A stretch of DNA of 47,729 nucleotides from Octopus bimaculoides (GCF_001194135.2 NC_069003.1:3991363-4039091), one strand, 5' to 3'; positions 23,042 to 36,573 are shown, counted from the stretch's first letter. Notes: generated by a model from the letters alone, not told the origin. A program made the numbers and translations.

Positions 23042-24192
23042 CACTGGCTGAATATTCCTACGAACATAGAGGATCCACATTATTAAATACAGGCACTTAG
23101 TAAATATTCCCTTGCTTCTCATCCTACTAAAGATAAAACAAAGGTAAAAAGATCGCGCGGTCATTTAGTAAATTCTTCATGGCCCTATTTTTTGTTGTTT
23201 TCTAATCCATGTTCATCCTCGGTATAGAAATCATATGAACGCATGTATTCGATCCGCAGCCATTGCGTTTTTATTTCCCTCGTGAAGATAAGACCATTAG
23301 ATAGAATTAGCTGCGATTTCTAGCATGCACAACACCCACTAATAACAGGTACTATCGCTGAGTAATAGAGAAGTTATTGTAATTTATGGTTCATCATTAA
23401 AGCGAAAGAAATTTCAAAAATTTTATTAATTTTTTTTTAAGCAATGAATCTTTAATGGCGACGGTTCAGGAAAGAAATTTGTAGTAATAGAAGTCCACAT
23501 TACTTGAAAAAAAATCTTTTTTGACATTCATGATTAAAAGAATTAATAAAATTACGAAATAATCACGCAACCAGCATTGATTGCAAATTTTTTCGTTATG
23601 AATAAACATAAACTTTTATTTATTTATTCACTATTTATTGTATGTCTGTTTTTAACATTTTTTTTTTTTTAATTTATATCTGAATGTGATAAACGAATAT
23701 CTTTTTATTTTTTAATAACTAATGAATACTTCCTTTCAGAAATCTCAAGGTGTCCGTTTTTTTTTATATATATATTTTTTTTTAAATTTGATGCATAAAT
23801 GCGTATGTATGCACGTACATACGTACTTATGCATGTATATGTATGTGCGTGTATATATATATATTTATATATATATATACATATATGTGTGGATGTCAGT
23901 GTATATATGTATATATGAATGGATATATGTGCATATATATGTTTAAAAATATATATAAATATATTTATATATAAGTGTGTGTGTGTGTGTATAAGTATAT
24001 ACATTCATATATATGTATCTATTTATACACATAAATATACATAAATATACATATATATGTATGTATACATAGATTCACGTTTGTATGTATGTATATATGT
24101 ATGTGTGTGAGTATGTCTATGCCAGTGTGTTTGTGCATATGAGTGAGTATGTGTTTGTGCATATGAGTGAGTGTGTGTGTGTGTGCATATGA

Positions 24193-24239
<47 letters not shown>

Positions 24240-24799
24240 CGCGCAGATACGTAATAAAACACGCATTTATAAACACATACATACGTATACGCGCTGCATA
24301 ACGGACTCTTTTAGACATTCACATCGCAAGTACGAGGTCCAGGGTACGATCATACCGTATGGCACTGGATGCTAGGGAGGAAGAGAAGTGACTGACTGCG
24401 ATATGTAACTAAGTTCTGAGTTCTACACTTTACTGAATGACGATGAGGGCAACTGATAATGGCTAGCAATGGGAGTAGTTGCTAGAGACTGGTGCTCAAT
24501 AAAGGGCGTATTCTATATGATGTACATCAATCGCCCTGTTTTTGGATAGTGAGTCACTTGTTTAAAAACATCTTCCTACAGGGTTATTAGTAGTAGATTC
24601 TATGTAAGTATTGATATTAGTCCATAGATTAGAAAGTATGGTTTACATTGGAACTAGCAGATGTTTATAGATTAGAAGTTAATTTTATAGTCATTAATTG
24701 CTAAAAAAACTTAGATTGATCAGACGATAGATAGTGTGTGAATTTCGCATAAAGTAGAGTAGTGATCTGTTATTTTTCATCGAGTACAAACATCTGTGA

Positions 24800-25092
<293 letters not shown>

Positions 25093-25722
25093 TGAATTTG
25101 CTTCGTAGTCGTTCTCGTGTTAATCTTTACTATCAAGTTTATTATTATCATCTTCCTCAACATTTTCGTCAACATCGTCGTCGTCGTCATCATCATCATC
25201 TTGTTCGTCGACAGCGAACACGACAAAGATTCATGAACAGAAGCAGTAACGAACAGATCTTGCGTCGGCTGATAAATGACATAAACAGTTAATCATGTCA
25301 GTTCACCTTCTGCAGAGAAATTCCGTTCCTTGCACAGTTGATATAAAGAATAATAGATCGACAACATCAAGAACATTAACAACAACATCAGTTACAAGAA
25401 CAGCAACAACCATAACAGTTATAGTGGCACCATCGCAATTTATCCAATCAAAGCTTCAGAATGGTTCTCTTAAACACGATTTATCTATGAAACACCTGCA
25501 TCAGTGGTGACAACACTTGTATAACCAATGAAGAACATATTGTTTTTAAACTTCATATCCACATAGAGGAAGGCATGTATGTAAGCATACTCTCATACAC
25601 GCAGTCACAGAAAGAGTCTTACGGGGATATAACAATTAATAACTGATTTCTGATTCAGGCATACGGGTATATATATTTTAATAGATTTCATATACAAACT
25701 ATCAACAAGTATAGCGAGAAAA

Positions 25723-25915
25723 TGTGGTGGTAAGAAGCTTGCTTCTCAGCCACACGGTTCTGGGTTCAGTTCACTGTAACTTAAAGGTTCGGCAAAAGAG
25801 AGCGAGATAATAAGTACTATGCTTACAAAGAATAAATCCTGGGGTGGATTTGTTCGACTAAAGATGGTCCGCCAGCATGTTCGGAATCAGATGATTGAAA
25901 GAAGTAAAAGAAAAC
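25723..25915 (+). mobile_element. SINE family B with internal deletion
   Basis: Head (ggtaagaagcttgc...ggttcagttcactg) is joined directly to taacttaaaggttcggcaaaagag. Confidence 0.85.
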
Positions 25916-26143
25916 ACTAAAAGAATATATATATATATATATATAAATATATATAAACACATATATGTACATACACACACACACACGCGCGGCCTGACCG
26001 TCTGCCAAGCAAATCGAAAGCAGCAATTGAAGTAGATGGTGAATATGCTCCGGAATAATCAGTTAAAGATGTTTTGTTACATGTCGTAGTTTTTGTTGAA
26101 TAAAAGCCGCAATAATTATGCACAACCCAATATATATATATAC

Positions 26144-26176
<33 letters not shown>

Positions 26177-26194
26177 TGTATGTGTGTGTGTGTA

Positions 26195-26345
26195 CCTGGC
26201 ATCGCTTGACAACCGATTCGAGTGTGCTTATGACCCTGTAACTTAACGTTACAATAAATCCTAGGCTTATAAAGAATAAGTTCTTGGGTCGATTTTTTTC
26301 AACTAAAACCCTTTAAGCGCTGCTCTAATGTGGCCACAATCATAT
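26195..26345 (+). mobile_element. SINE family B, 3' half following (TG)n
   Basis: catcgcttgacaaccga...gctgctctaatgtggccaca. Confidence 0.8.
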
Positions 26346-26947
26346 AGCTGTAAATAATTAAAAGGATGAAAGATTCCTTAAACATTTGTACATATATAAT
26401 ATATATTGTTCGTGTATATATTACACTATTAGTGAGCATGCTCAAATCCGTATGTATCCGAACGTACTTAGACATGCGAATATATTTGAGAACCAAGAAT
26501 GCTTTCTTTCTGAATGTCATTACATTAACTTGAAAACACATGTTTTTAATATCTACATAGTGCTGGGTGGCACTTAACTCGACATTGTAAATTATTTTTG
26601 TGAAAGCATTCGACTATAATGGAATAATTACGATCCGCATTCGAAATTATGGTAAAACACCTGTTCAATACAACTTCATTGCAAATTACTAGGTTACCCG
26701 CCAAGTTGGTGCGTATTGTTGGATTCATTAAGTAAAAAATAATAAAACTTTAATCCATAGGTAACTGTACATGTGAACATGGGTGTGTAACGCGTGCACA
26801 CATACACACACTCACACACACACACACCGCCCACAGACACATACACAAACACACATACACATATATATTGTTGACACATTAATCCCTACACATTTTTCTC
26901 TCCGTTTTCTTTTTCGTTCTCTCCTTTTTTTCCCCCACTCGCAATCA

Positions 26948-26981
26948 TTTCTGTAGAAGAGCGTAGGCTCGTAACGTCAAA
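26948..26981 (+). ncRNA. Decayed hammerhead motif, same family as 4176-4210
   Basis: TTT-CTGTAGA-A-GAGC(GTAG)GCTC-GTAAC-GTC-AAA, with two A-to-T core substitutions. Confidence 0.6.
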
Positions 26982-27597
26982 GACTTTTCCATTCTTTCTG
27001 AGTGTTAAACTAAACATCAGCTTCTTGTTCCCTCACTTGTCTTCGTCTTTTATTTCTGTAAAATTGAACTATACATATATATATATATGAAATCATACAG
27101 ACATATATATATATAACCTGAAACCGGTATCCATATCAAAATGGATACGTGAAAGGAACAATTAATTCCTTCCTTTCTTTCTTTCTTTCTTTCTCCTACT
27201 CTCACCACCTTTTCTTCTTTTCCTTTCGAACTTTCATTTCTTTCTACTCCTTTGTCGTAACTTTCACAGAAAATTTCACCAACTTTCATTAGATTTGAAA
27301 AGTAAAAAGAAATTGTCTTACCGGAAGAGGAAGTTTCCGGCGATTATCTTAAATCATATGTGAGTGTATGTATATATGTATGTACGTTTCTGATTTCACT
27401 ATATGTATATCTGAGAAACATAACTGTGTGTGTGCGTGCATGCATGTGTGTGTGCCTACGTATGGTCCGTTCGATGGATTTATGGAGTATGCGTATATCA
27501 CTATGTACCTATATATCTATCTGTCTGTCTATTTATCGATCTATGTATCTTACAATCGATCGACCTATACACACAAGCACACACACATTTATGTAGT

Positions 27598-27652
<55 letters not shown>

Positions 27653-27653
<1 letters not shown>

Positions 27654-27815
27654 CGTAGTTATGCGGTAAGATGCTTGCTTTCTAAACCGCATTGTTCCGG
27701 GTTCAGTCCCACTGGATGGCACCTTGAGCAAGTTTCTTCTATAGCCTCGGGCTGTCCAAAGCCTTGTGATTGGATTTGGTAGACGGAAACTGAAAGAAAA
27801 GCGTCGCGTATATGA
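27653..27815 (+). mobile_element. SINE family B, 5' half, between (GA)n and (CA)n
   Basis: gcggtaagatgcttgc...gggttcagtcccactg...gacggaaactgaaagaa. Confidence 0.85.
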
Positions 27816-27922
27816 ACACACACACACAGCCATACACCCCCCCACACACACACATATATATATATAGGTATATATGTGTGAGATTCCATTCACTTTGCTA
27901 CATCCCACTTGCGCGAAAGAAA

Positions 27923-27972
<50 letters not shown>

Positions 27973-29284
27973 ATACATACATTAGACAGACAGACAGAGA
28001 AAGTGAGACAGCAGAAAGAAAGAAAGAAAGAAGGAAAGGTAGATAGATACATACATACACACATACATACATACATATANNNNNNNNNNNNNNNNNNNNN
28101 NNNNNNNNNNNNNNNNNNNNNNNNNNNNNNNNNNNNNNNNNNNNNNNNNNNNNNNNNNNNNNNNNNNNNNNNNNNNNNNNNNNNNNNNNNNNNNNNNNNN
28201 NNNNNNNNNNNNNNNNNNNNNNNNNNNNNNNNNNNNNNNNNNNNNNNNNNNNNNNNNNNNNNNNNNNNNNNNNNNNNNNNNNNNNNNNNNNNNNNNNNNN
28301 NNNNNNNNNNNNNNNNNNNNCATATTCTTTCATTGATAGATAGCATAGGGGTCAACAGTCCATCTCAAACTGTTATTAAATATGTTTGCTTCCTTCCTCC
28401 ATCTTTTAATGTTACCAATGGAAGGAAATTATCAGTTTGAATTCTTTGTGATTGTTCTTTCTTCCGTTGTTCCATCATTCCGTTCCTTTATTACATTACA
28501 TTATTCTTTTATATCTGTTCAGCTATCTAAACCTTTTACTGTTACTTCCTTGCATATTTCGACGCCATTTTTCATAGAAACTTTTAAACGTTAACGTCTC
28601 CTATGGCTTTACAGAATGACGCCATTTTTTCTTATTTTCTTTGCTACTCTGCTTCGTTGCAACTCACCATATTGTTTTAATGGAATTCTCTATCGTAAAT
28701 GGTAAAAGCTGAGGTGAAGAGCGTGAGTGTGTGTGTGTCTTATTATCAATGCTTGCTTCCTGATTTCATATCCGCTACAGGCGTTTTGTAGTGTCAAATG
28801 GCTGGACTAATGAGTGCGTCGAATAAAAAAGACACAAAAACAAAGAGAATATCTGTATATGATATGAATAAAGAATAGTACAAAAAGACATGGAGAAGGA
28901 GAAAGAAAGGGAGAGATGCCTTTTTTATATGTTCTTCCAGAAATGCGTATATATTTATGTATGTGTGTATGAGTATGTATACGTTTATACATGTATATAT
29001 GTATGTATATACATGTTTTTTATAAATGTATGTTCATACATGCATATATCAAAATGTACGTTTGCATGTATGTATGTATGTATGTATGCAAGCATGTTTG
29101 TATGTATATAAATGAATAAATGAATGATTGTATATGCAGAGAAATTAAGAGGAGGAAGAAGATAGCTACATCTTAACTACATGCATATAAATATATAGAC
29201 AGAAAGAATGTGAGAGAAATATAGATAGACATACCCACCTAGATACATACATACACAGACAAACAGATAGGCAGGCAGAGAGAC

Positions 29285-29303
29285 ATACAGATAGATAGAA
29301 AGG

Positions 29304-29385
<82 letters not shown>
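29285..29385. repeat. (GATA)n microsatellite
   Basis: Direct reading. Confidence 0.95.
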
Positions 29386-29940
29386 TGGATATATATAGGG
29401 AGATAGATGGAGCAAAGAAAAGAACGAAAGGATGGGAGTGGAATTGATTCGTTTAGTGTAGCGCCAAAGACAAGAAATCTATGAATAACAAAGTAGATTT
29501 CTACGTAGTTAAGATACAATGATAAAAATCTCATACATTTATAAGGACATGAATCGGCAATCATTTTAAAATATGGTTAGAAGAATGCTTATCACCGACT
29601 CAGTTCTAGCTTTTCTATAGAATAAATTAAGAAACGGTTGTTTAAGACTATAAACCACTGGAATCCGGGAGAGGCGTGCAGTTCGTTTTTACGTCAGAAA
29701 AAGACAATGTAATAAATTGTTAAAAATTATGAATAAAAAAATGGTCCGAGATCCTTTGTAAATGATAATAGGGCTTCGTGAATAAACGTGCTAACGATGG
29801 TGCCTAACTCTCTACGTGATGTATTGATTTGCTAGAAATAGCAGCCATATGTTCTGCTAAGTTTACCTCTCTGTTAAAAATTTGGGTTTGAGGGGTTTTG
29901 TTTTCGTATTTGTAAAGATGGCTGCATTGAATAAAAACAT

Positions 29941-30237
29941 ACGACGACGTGTTCCAGTTGATCCGATCAGCGGAACAGCCTACTCGTGAAATTAAAGTAC
30001 AACTGGCTGAGTACTCCGCAGACACATGTGCCCTTAACATAGTTCTCAGGGAGATTCAGTGTAATACAGAATATGACAAGGCTGGCCCTTTTGCAATACA
30101 GAAACTACTAATTTTTGCCAGCTGAGTGGACTGGAGCAACGTGAAATGAAGTGGCTTGCTTAACATGCCGCCGTGAATCGAACTCATAACATTCTGATCG
30201 TATAGCGAAAATCCCAACCACTAAGCTACGCACCTTC
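29941..30237 (-). mobile_element. tRNA-derived SINE, family C
   Basis: Reverse complement of the 37031-37350 copy (cagctgagtggactggagcaacgtgaaat; gatccgatcagcggaacagcc). Confidence 0.85.
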
Positions 30238-30559
30238 ACCTGGCTATTTTAAATAATGTGAGGCTGGCTATACGTCGCTCTCGACGCTCAGCGTTCAGAC
30301 TTAACCAACCGTTGAAGAGAAGAAATTTTAGCGGTAAGTGCTGTGTATTTCAGAGTCCCATGCGTCCTTCAGTAATCGCCGAACCGAATCAGAGTGGCAC
30401 AATGAGACAAAGTGAATATTCTTTCATTTCACTTGCAAAACATTGACAAAGAATAGAAAATATAGAATCATTCCAACTACCAAACTGCTACTTTCTATAT
30501 AGATTCCAAATGGATATACAGACAGATAACTTTTCTTTTATTGGCCACACAGGGCTGCA

Positions 30560-30706
30560 CACAGACAGACAGGCACAGGCAGGCAGGCAGACAGGCAGGC
30601 AGGCAGACAGGCAGGCAGGCAGGCACACACATACATACATACATACATACATACATACATACTCACACAGATAGATTGAGAGAGAGATTCACAGACAGAC
30701 AGATAA

Positions 30707-30757
<51 letters not shown>

Positions 30758-30768
30758 GNNNNNNNNNN

Positions 30769-30850
<82 letters not shown>

Positions 30851-30875
30851 AGACAGACAGACAGACAGATAGATA
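30560..30875. repeat. (CAGG)n/(CATA)n/(CAGA)n compound microsatellite containing a 10-N gap
   Basis: Direct reading. Confidence 0.95.
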
Positions 30876-32408
30876 AACACATGCCGAATATGGCTAAACA
30901 TCACGATTTCATGTAAATATTTGATATTTTCCCCTTATTCCAGTCAGTAGATTGAGGCCATGCTGGAGCAAAGCACTGCCTTCATAATTGTACTGCGCTA
31001 TAATTATTATATGACGCTAAACGCATCATACTGCCATTTCTCTTTCGTTAAACCACATATGTTTTACATAACGTTTTACCTGTTTACAGTTCTTAGATGT
31101 AAACACAGGTGTGAAAGCAGTAAAGACCAGTTTTTCTTTTTTCTTTTCAGATAAGCAATGAAAAGCAATACGTCTTAACGCAATGACATCACTATCGCCA
31201 TCGATACACATCGCTCTTTTTACTATCAATTACAGCTATCTATCAGGGAGGCTGCATATATGTCAGGTTAGACTCGAATAGGTATCTCACCTTAGTAGGA
31301 CAGCTGATGTCACTCTCTTGTATTACCGTTCGAAAATACTGTTGTGTAATATTGGTTTTGAAATTATTTAGTGATAAAATGCCTCCAAGAGAAAATAAGA
31401 AAAATAGGGAGGAAAAAAAATAAAATTATGGTAGAGTATTCGCAGTAGAAGTTATTTAAGTTGCCGATAAGACAAGTAACTACGGCGAGTAGCAAGAGAA
31501 TTCGGTTATTCGGAAAGATCTAGATGATAAGACACAGTAATTGGAAATCAACGGATAGAAGGCTGCTGGGTATTATGTATTGGAAACATAAACAAACCTC
31601 CCGTAACCTTAACATGCGATAGAAATGAACTGTAAAGCGAATAGGAAATAAACAGCGCTGCTAAAATCTACTGGGCGTGAGGAAAACAAACTTGCATTAA
31701 TTCTTTCTTGTGTGGTTGATAGTACTAAATTAAAACACACAGTTGTTCTTTTAATTTTGTTTTGTCTTTTTATTTTTAATAGAAGCGTTTGGCATCGAAA
31801 AGCTATGCAGGGAGAAATTTCCGAAAGGAACTTTTGTTCGTGATCATCTGTAAGGTTGGCTGGATGAAGGTAGATGCAGAAAGTGGATAAAGGAAATTTG
31901 GAAATTTACAACCTGATTATTTTTGGAAAGAAAAGGTTTTAAAGGATTTGCATGTGTGGGATGAATTTAGATGAAATTTTGTGAAAAAAATCTGCTTGAT
32001 AATGTCTGATGACAAACACCGACATAGCTTCAAATAAATGTGGTGGACTTCACAAGTGTTTTACATGTTAAATGTTTGTGTTACTACAGAATTGAAGGCT
32101 ATGGGGTCAGATGAGATAGGGGCAGATGGATGCGTGATAGAGAAGAATTTGACTAGAAAACAGGAACTACACAAGCTCAATGATAGATTTAGATCTTACG
32201 GTGTTAAGACCGAATTTGTTTTGTTGAGGACTTTACATGAGAGGATAAAAATACAAAGCAAGCAAGAAAAATTAAACAAATCTGTATGTCTAATGCTGCA
32301 GGAATCAAAAATTATACGTAGAATGGTTAATTGCAAAAACAAAGAATATATAACAATAAATGTTACAGATAACCAGACATAAATACCCGAATGCTAGATG
32401 GCATATGC

Positions 32409-32457
<49 letters not shown>

Positions 32458-32898
32458 CAACGATATGAGAATATAAGATCCAAGGATCCAGGTGTAGTAA
32501 GTTGGAAAGTTTCGAGTATTCTGTAGAAGATTATCCATATCGAAGTTTAATAAGCTGAAAACAGTTATTTTATAGTTTACGGTTAGCAACTACGGTTGCT
32601 ATAAAAGCGAATAAAAATCGTAATTGACGGAATGGAACAAGTAAATTCTAGGCTACATATGTGTTCTAACTAGCAGAACCTCAGAAGTAACAAATACTCA
32701 ACGAGAGGTACTCCACTACGTATTCATGGGACCGAAGATACCTTAGTTAAATGAAGATTACGTTGTCGTCAAGGGATCCCAACTTAACTCACAATACATA
32801 TGTCCTGCGAGTTAACACAATTTGGATATGTATACTCTTGAATTTATAAAGTCATATATATATATATATATATATATATACAAACACATATACATACA

Positions 32899-33075
32899 TG
32901 TCCCTCACCATTGCTTGACAAGCGGTGTTGGTTTGTTTGCGTCTCTAATTTCGACAGAGAATGATCACTACTTTTTAAAAATAAGTACCGAGAATAATTT
33001 CTGCGACAAAAACCCATGAGATCGGTGCTCCAGCATGGCTGCAGTCCAATGTTTGAAACAATTAAAGGATAAAAT
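32899..33075 (+). mobile_element. SINE family B, degenerate 3' half
   Basis: ccattgcttgacaagcgg...ggtgctccagcatggctgcagtc. Confidence 0.75.
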
Positions 33076-33781
33076 ATATAGGTATGTGTTAAATTCTGAA
33101 ACTGACGCATTTGTGTTGTGGTTCCCACAGAACTATTTAGATAAAGTACTAAAGGCTTAGGCCAAATTATATCTAATCAATAAATTATCGTGTTAAGAAC
33201 AAAGATAAAAATAAAATCATTGGATTATTCATAAAATTTCTCAACTGTGTCTCAGTTAAGAGGACCACGATCCTCATCTAATTAGCAAATTAGCAGGCTT
33301 GAGAAAATTACTCGTTTGGGCCCTATATAGATCTGGTTCTGTGCGTGCCCGACCGTTAATTGATGAAAGAGTTTAAAATACGATATTATCATCAAATCGT
33401 ACGAGAAATGAAGAATTAGGAATGCATTAGATGGATGTGAGTAGGGCGCGACTATGATAAAAGAAGCAACAGATAATGAGCAGGGTATAATTAGGATAGC
33501 AGAGATGAAGAAGATCCGTACAATAGCATCATGCGCTGCATTGATTACGAGGGTTTATCCAGTACTCATTATAATGAAATTTGCGATTATTTCACCGTTT
33601 AGTGAAAAAAAAAAATTTATTTGAAATTTTTAATATTAACCATGAATTTTAATTTAAAGCCATATTAAATATCTCCTTAAGTTTTGTATGGTGAAACAAA
33701 GATTACGAATTAGATTTTTATTCATCGTATTTATAGCTTTCGTTTTAAATGCGATAACTCTAAACTGTACTGAAATGCAGG

Positions 33782-33983
33782 TTTCAAATGTTGGGTGAAA
33801 TTTAGCAATTTCGGGAGAAGGGGGGATAAGTCAATAACATCGCCTCAAATATAGATTTCATCGATCCTGATAGGATGAAAGGCGAAGTGGACCTCGGTGC
33901 AATTTGGACTCAGAACGAAAACACGGACGAGACGCCACTAAGCATTTTGTCCTGTGTGCAAACAATTCTGCCACCTCGCCCCC
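33782..33983 (-). mobile_element. SINE family A
   Basis: ggatgaaaggcgaagtggacctcgg...ctcagaacg. Confidence 0.8.
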
Positions 33984-34007
33984 TCAAAATACGGCACTGA
34001 AATATTG

Positions 34008-34203
34008 ATTTCAAATTTTGGCACAAGGTCAGCAATTTTGTACGTGTGGGTATATCGAACCCTGTAGTCAAGTGGTACTTATTTTACGAACTTGAGGGGA
34101 TGAAAGGCAATATCGACCTCAGCGTAATTTGAACTCAGAGCATAAAGACAGACTAAATACCGCTAAGCATTTTACCCAGTGCGCTAACAATTCTGCCAGA
34201 TCG
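34008..34203 (-). mobile_element. SINE family A (head-to-tail with the previous copy)
   Basis: ggatgaaaggcaatatcgacctcagcgtaatttgaactcag. Confidence 0.85.
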
Positions 34204-34220
34204 ATGCATTAAGCCTTAAA

Positions 34221-34404
34221 AATAAATTAATGCGCCCTTTTAAAGCCTAGCCAGGCTCATGGGCCCGGTTTCAATAGCGTATGTGTTCCCCCGTTAGACG
34301 GGACGCCAGTTCATTGCAGGGAAACTCATCATTGCCAGCTGAGTGGAGTGGAGCCAGCTGAGTGGAGTGGAGCCAGCTGAGTGGAGTGGAGCCAGCTGAG
34401 TGGA
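34221..34404 (-). mobile_element. SINE 3' part (family E tail) with 3.7 tandem copies of a 19-bp unit
   Basis: GCCAGCTGAGTGGAGTGGA at 34334, 34353 and 34372, partial at 34391. The tail is related to 37420-37512. Confidence 0.75.
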
Positions 34405-34523
34405 CTTTTCTTTTTATCCTGAAGAAAAATTTCTTCTTGCAGCAGTCCTTCAGTATTTCTAAGCTCTGTAAAAGATCTTCCGCGAAATCCTTAAAGTCAG
34501 GAACTTTTTAGCACTTCCTCTAG
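34405..34523. mobile_element. Fragment with a solo TIR of the mariner MITE seen at 1747-1947
   Basis: ccttaaagtcaggaactttttagcacttcctc is approximately the reverse complement of gagggtgctgaaaagttcctgg. Confidence 0.6.
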
Positions 34524-36247
34524 TCTATATGAATAAATATGTGTGTGTGTATATATGGATGTGTGTGTGATAGATGGTTATACCGATGAAGTTAAAGAGG
34601 CGCAGTCGTGGCATACAGAGTTTCTTGGATATTTTTAAACATCCTGTAGAGAATCCTTCTACATTGCTGAACATAGCTGACATCTTTCAGAAGGAGAAAG
34701 AGAAAGACAGGTCGAAAGACACAGAAAGTAAGAGAGAGAGACTGTGAATGAGGGAGAAAATCGCCCATGGCATTTGTAAGAAAAATATTAGCAGACTCTA
34801 CCACCGATCTCAGCTGAAACAATCTCTCTATCTCTCTTCTTGTCTCTCTATCTCTCTCACTTTCTCTGCTCCCCCTCTCTCTCTCACTAACTTATTCTCT
34901 TTATCTCAAACTCACTTTCTCTCTCCTTCTTCAAAATCTGAATAGCGTCCTCTCTCTAAATTTAGCCACGATACCTTGTTTTAATTAATATTCACCGCAT
35001 TGATTACGACTGTTGCCAAAGCACAACATAACTATTAGTTTCTTTCAAATTCTAGTAATTAGATTTAATTAAGAAACCAGATATAAAGTTATAATTTAAT
35101 GTGACGTTTAAATTACGTCATCGTTTCTACCGGAGGCTGTTTAAAGAATGTGATTGCTAGCACTGCAGTAAAATAAATGCGTCTACACTCAGTCGCCATT
35201 GTTACGCAACGTCTTCGGCTGATAAAACAATGTGCTTGCATTTCTTGTATGGGTGCTGAGATTACCGAGTGGTTAAAAAGTTCGCTTTGCAATCAAGAGG
35301 TTCTACGATCGATCCTACTGTGAGGTATATTGAGCAAGTGTTATACATCTTATTTTCCGATTGATCCAATCCTTTCATTTGAAATAGTATAAAGCAGTGT
35401 TTCTCAAGCGTTTTTTTTTTTTCACCTATGAACTCCGTTTATTCCCATTTTACTCGGATGTACCTTCGTAGCCATTTGATCTTATTGCGCGATATCTTGA
35501 GCAAGTGACTTCTCTCGATGTAATCGACTAGACACCCCCACCTCAAAATTTCGAGCATTGTGCCTATAGCAGATAGGATTATTAGGGAATATATAACAAA
35601 AACTGTTGTTAAAATGTCTTGTTTTCTGTACAAATATAATCAATTTGTTGCAGGTAAATTTGAACAACAAAGTCTGATATGGACCCCCAAGGGACCTCGG
35701 TTATAAACCACAGATATAGACGGAAACTATGGGGACGGAGAAAGAGTCTTTTGGGTGGAGTGCACACGTAATTCGAAGGGCCAGGTTTCCTTCAAGTAGT
35801 GCCAAAGTGACTTTGCTGGATATTACGTCAAGGGTACATTCACTGACATTGCCGAAACCATTGGTGGATAAATTTACATTATAACACCCAGAATGTCAAC
35901 AGCCGTAGAACCTGCATTTGCACAGCCAAAGAGTTTCGTCAACAATATGGACTGCGCTAAAGCGACCCGGATGTGTTAGCCCCAGTACAGAGTGCATCGC
36001 AGGAGACAATGTATTTCGACAGCTACGACGTGTACGCAGGAAATTTGGAGATGTTTTTAGGAGAATCAGCTATAATTGTCCCAGATTATAGTAATTTTAC
36101 TCTATCGTTACTATACATCAAATAAGCTGACCTGCCAATTCATTTTTTTAGTGTTTCAGCTGGAAGGGCGTTCGTAATGGTACTCTAAACACATGCTACT
36201 TAACACTGCCTATCACAGCTTATTAGGTCACATAATACAATCGGGAC

Positions 36248-36325
36248 ATGAAGACAAGTTGGAAGTTCGCTATGCAATAAAGTTTTGTGTTGAACTGCAC
36301 GAAAACGCTAGAGAAAGTTATGAAA
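36248..36325 (+). mobile_element. Mariner transposase N-terminal (HTH) relic
   Basis: EDKLEVRYAIKFCVELHENARESYEIF matches the mariner E.RY.IKFC..LG..A.ETY.M motif. There is a 1-nt frameshift after the ATG. Confidence 0.7.
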
Positions 36326-36424
36326 TTTTTTTCCAAAATTTCATCAAGTGGTCAGCATATTAAAACACCTTTAAAGGTACAAATTATAAACAATTAATTG
36401 TGTGTGTGTGTGTGTGTGTGTGTG

Positions 36425-36471
<47 letters not shown>

Positions 36472-36487
36472 ACATACATACACGATC

Positions 36488-36573
36488 GGCGTCCATCCCA
36501 AGATGCCACGCAGTGGGACTGAACTTAGAACAAATGTGGTTGAGAGGCAAGCTTCTCACCACGCCTACGCCTA
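36488..36573 (-). mobile_element. SINE family B, 5' part
   Basis: ccacgcagtgggactgaac...aagcttctcaccac. Confidence 0.8.

Noticed and set aside
24503-24537. Small palindromes (TGATGTACATCA, and others at 2156, 19441, 27127, 27322, 35102)
   Set aside because: Stems of 6-8 bp are expected by chance at this length and composition, and they have no supporting context.
28330-28620. Minus-strand purine-rich stretch faintly like a LINE ORF1 (similar stretch at 4990-5700)
   Set aside because: Multiple stops and no diagnostic zinc-knuckle or RT motif was found.
32038-32382. 114-aa ORF. An overlapping frame has WW..., IEGY.VR*DR, faintly like a CR1/L2 APE endonuclease start
   Set aside because: No recognisable protein in the ORF, and the LINE resemblance rests on two short motifs interrupted by stops. 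It needs tBLASTx.
35653-36150. Idea that the TAA/TAG-interrupted frame reflects a ciliate-type genetic code or contamination
   Set aside because: The segment is embedded among host SINEs and mariner relics, and the absence of TGA over ~160 codons in one of many frames is not improbable.
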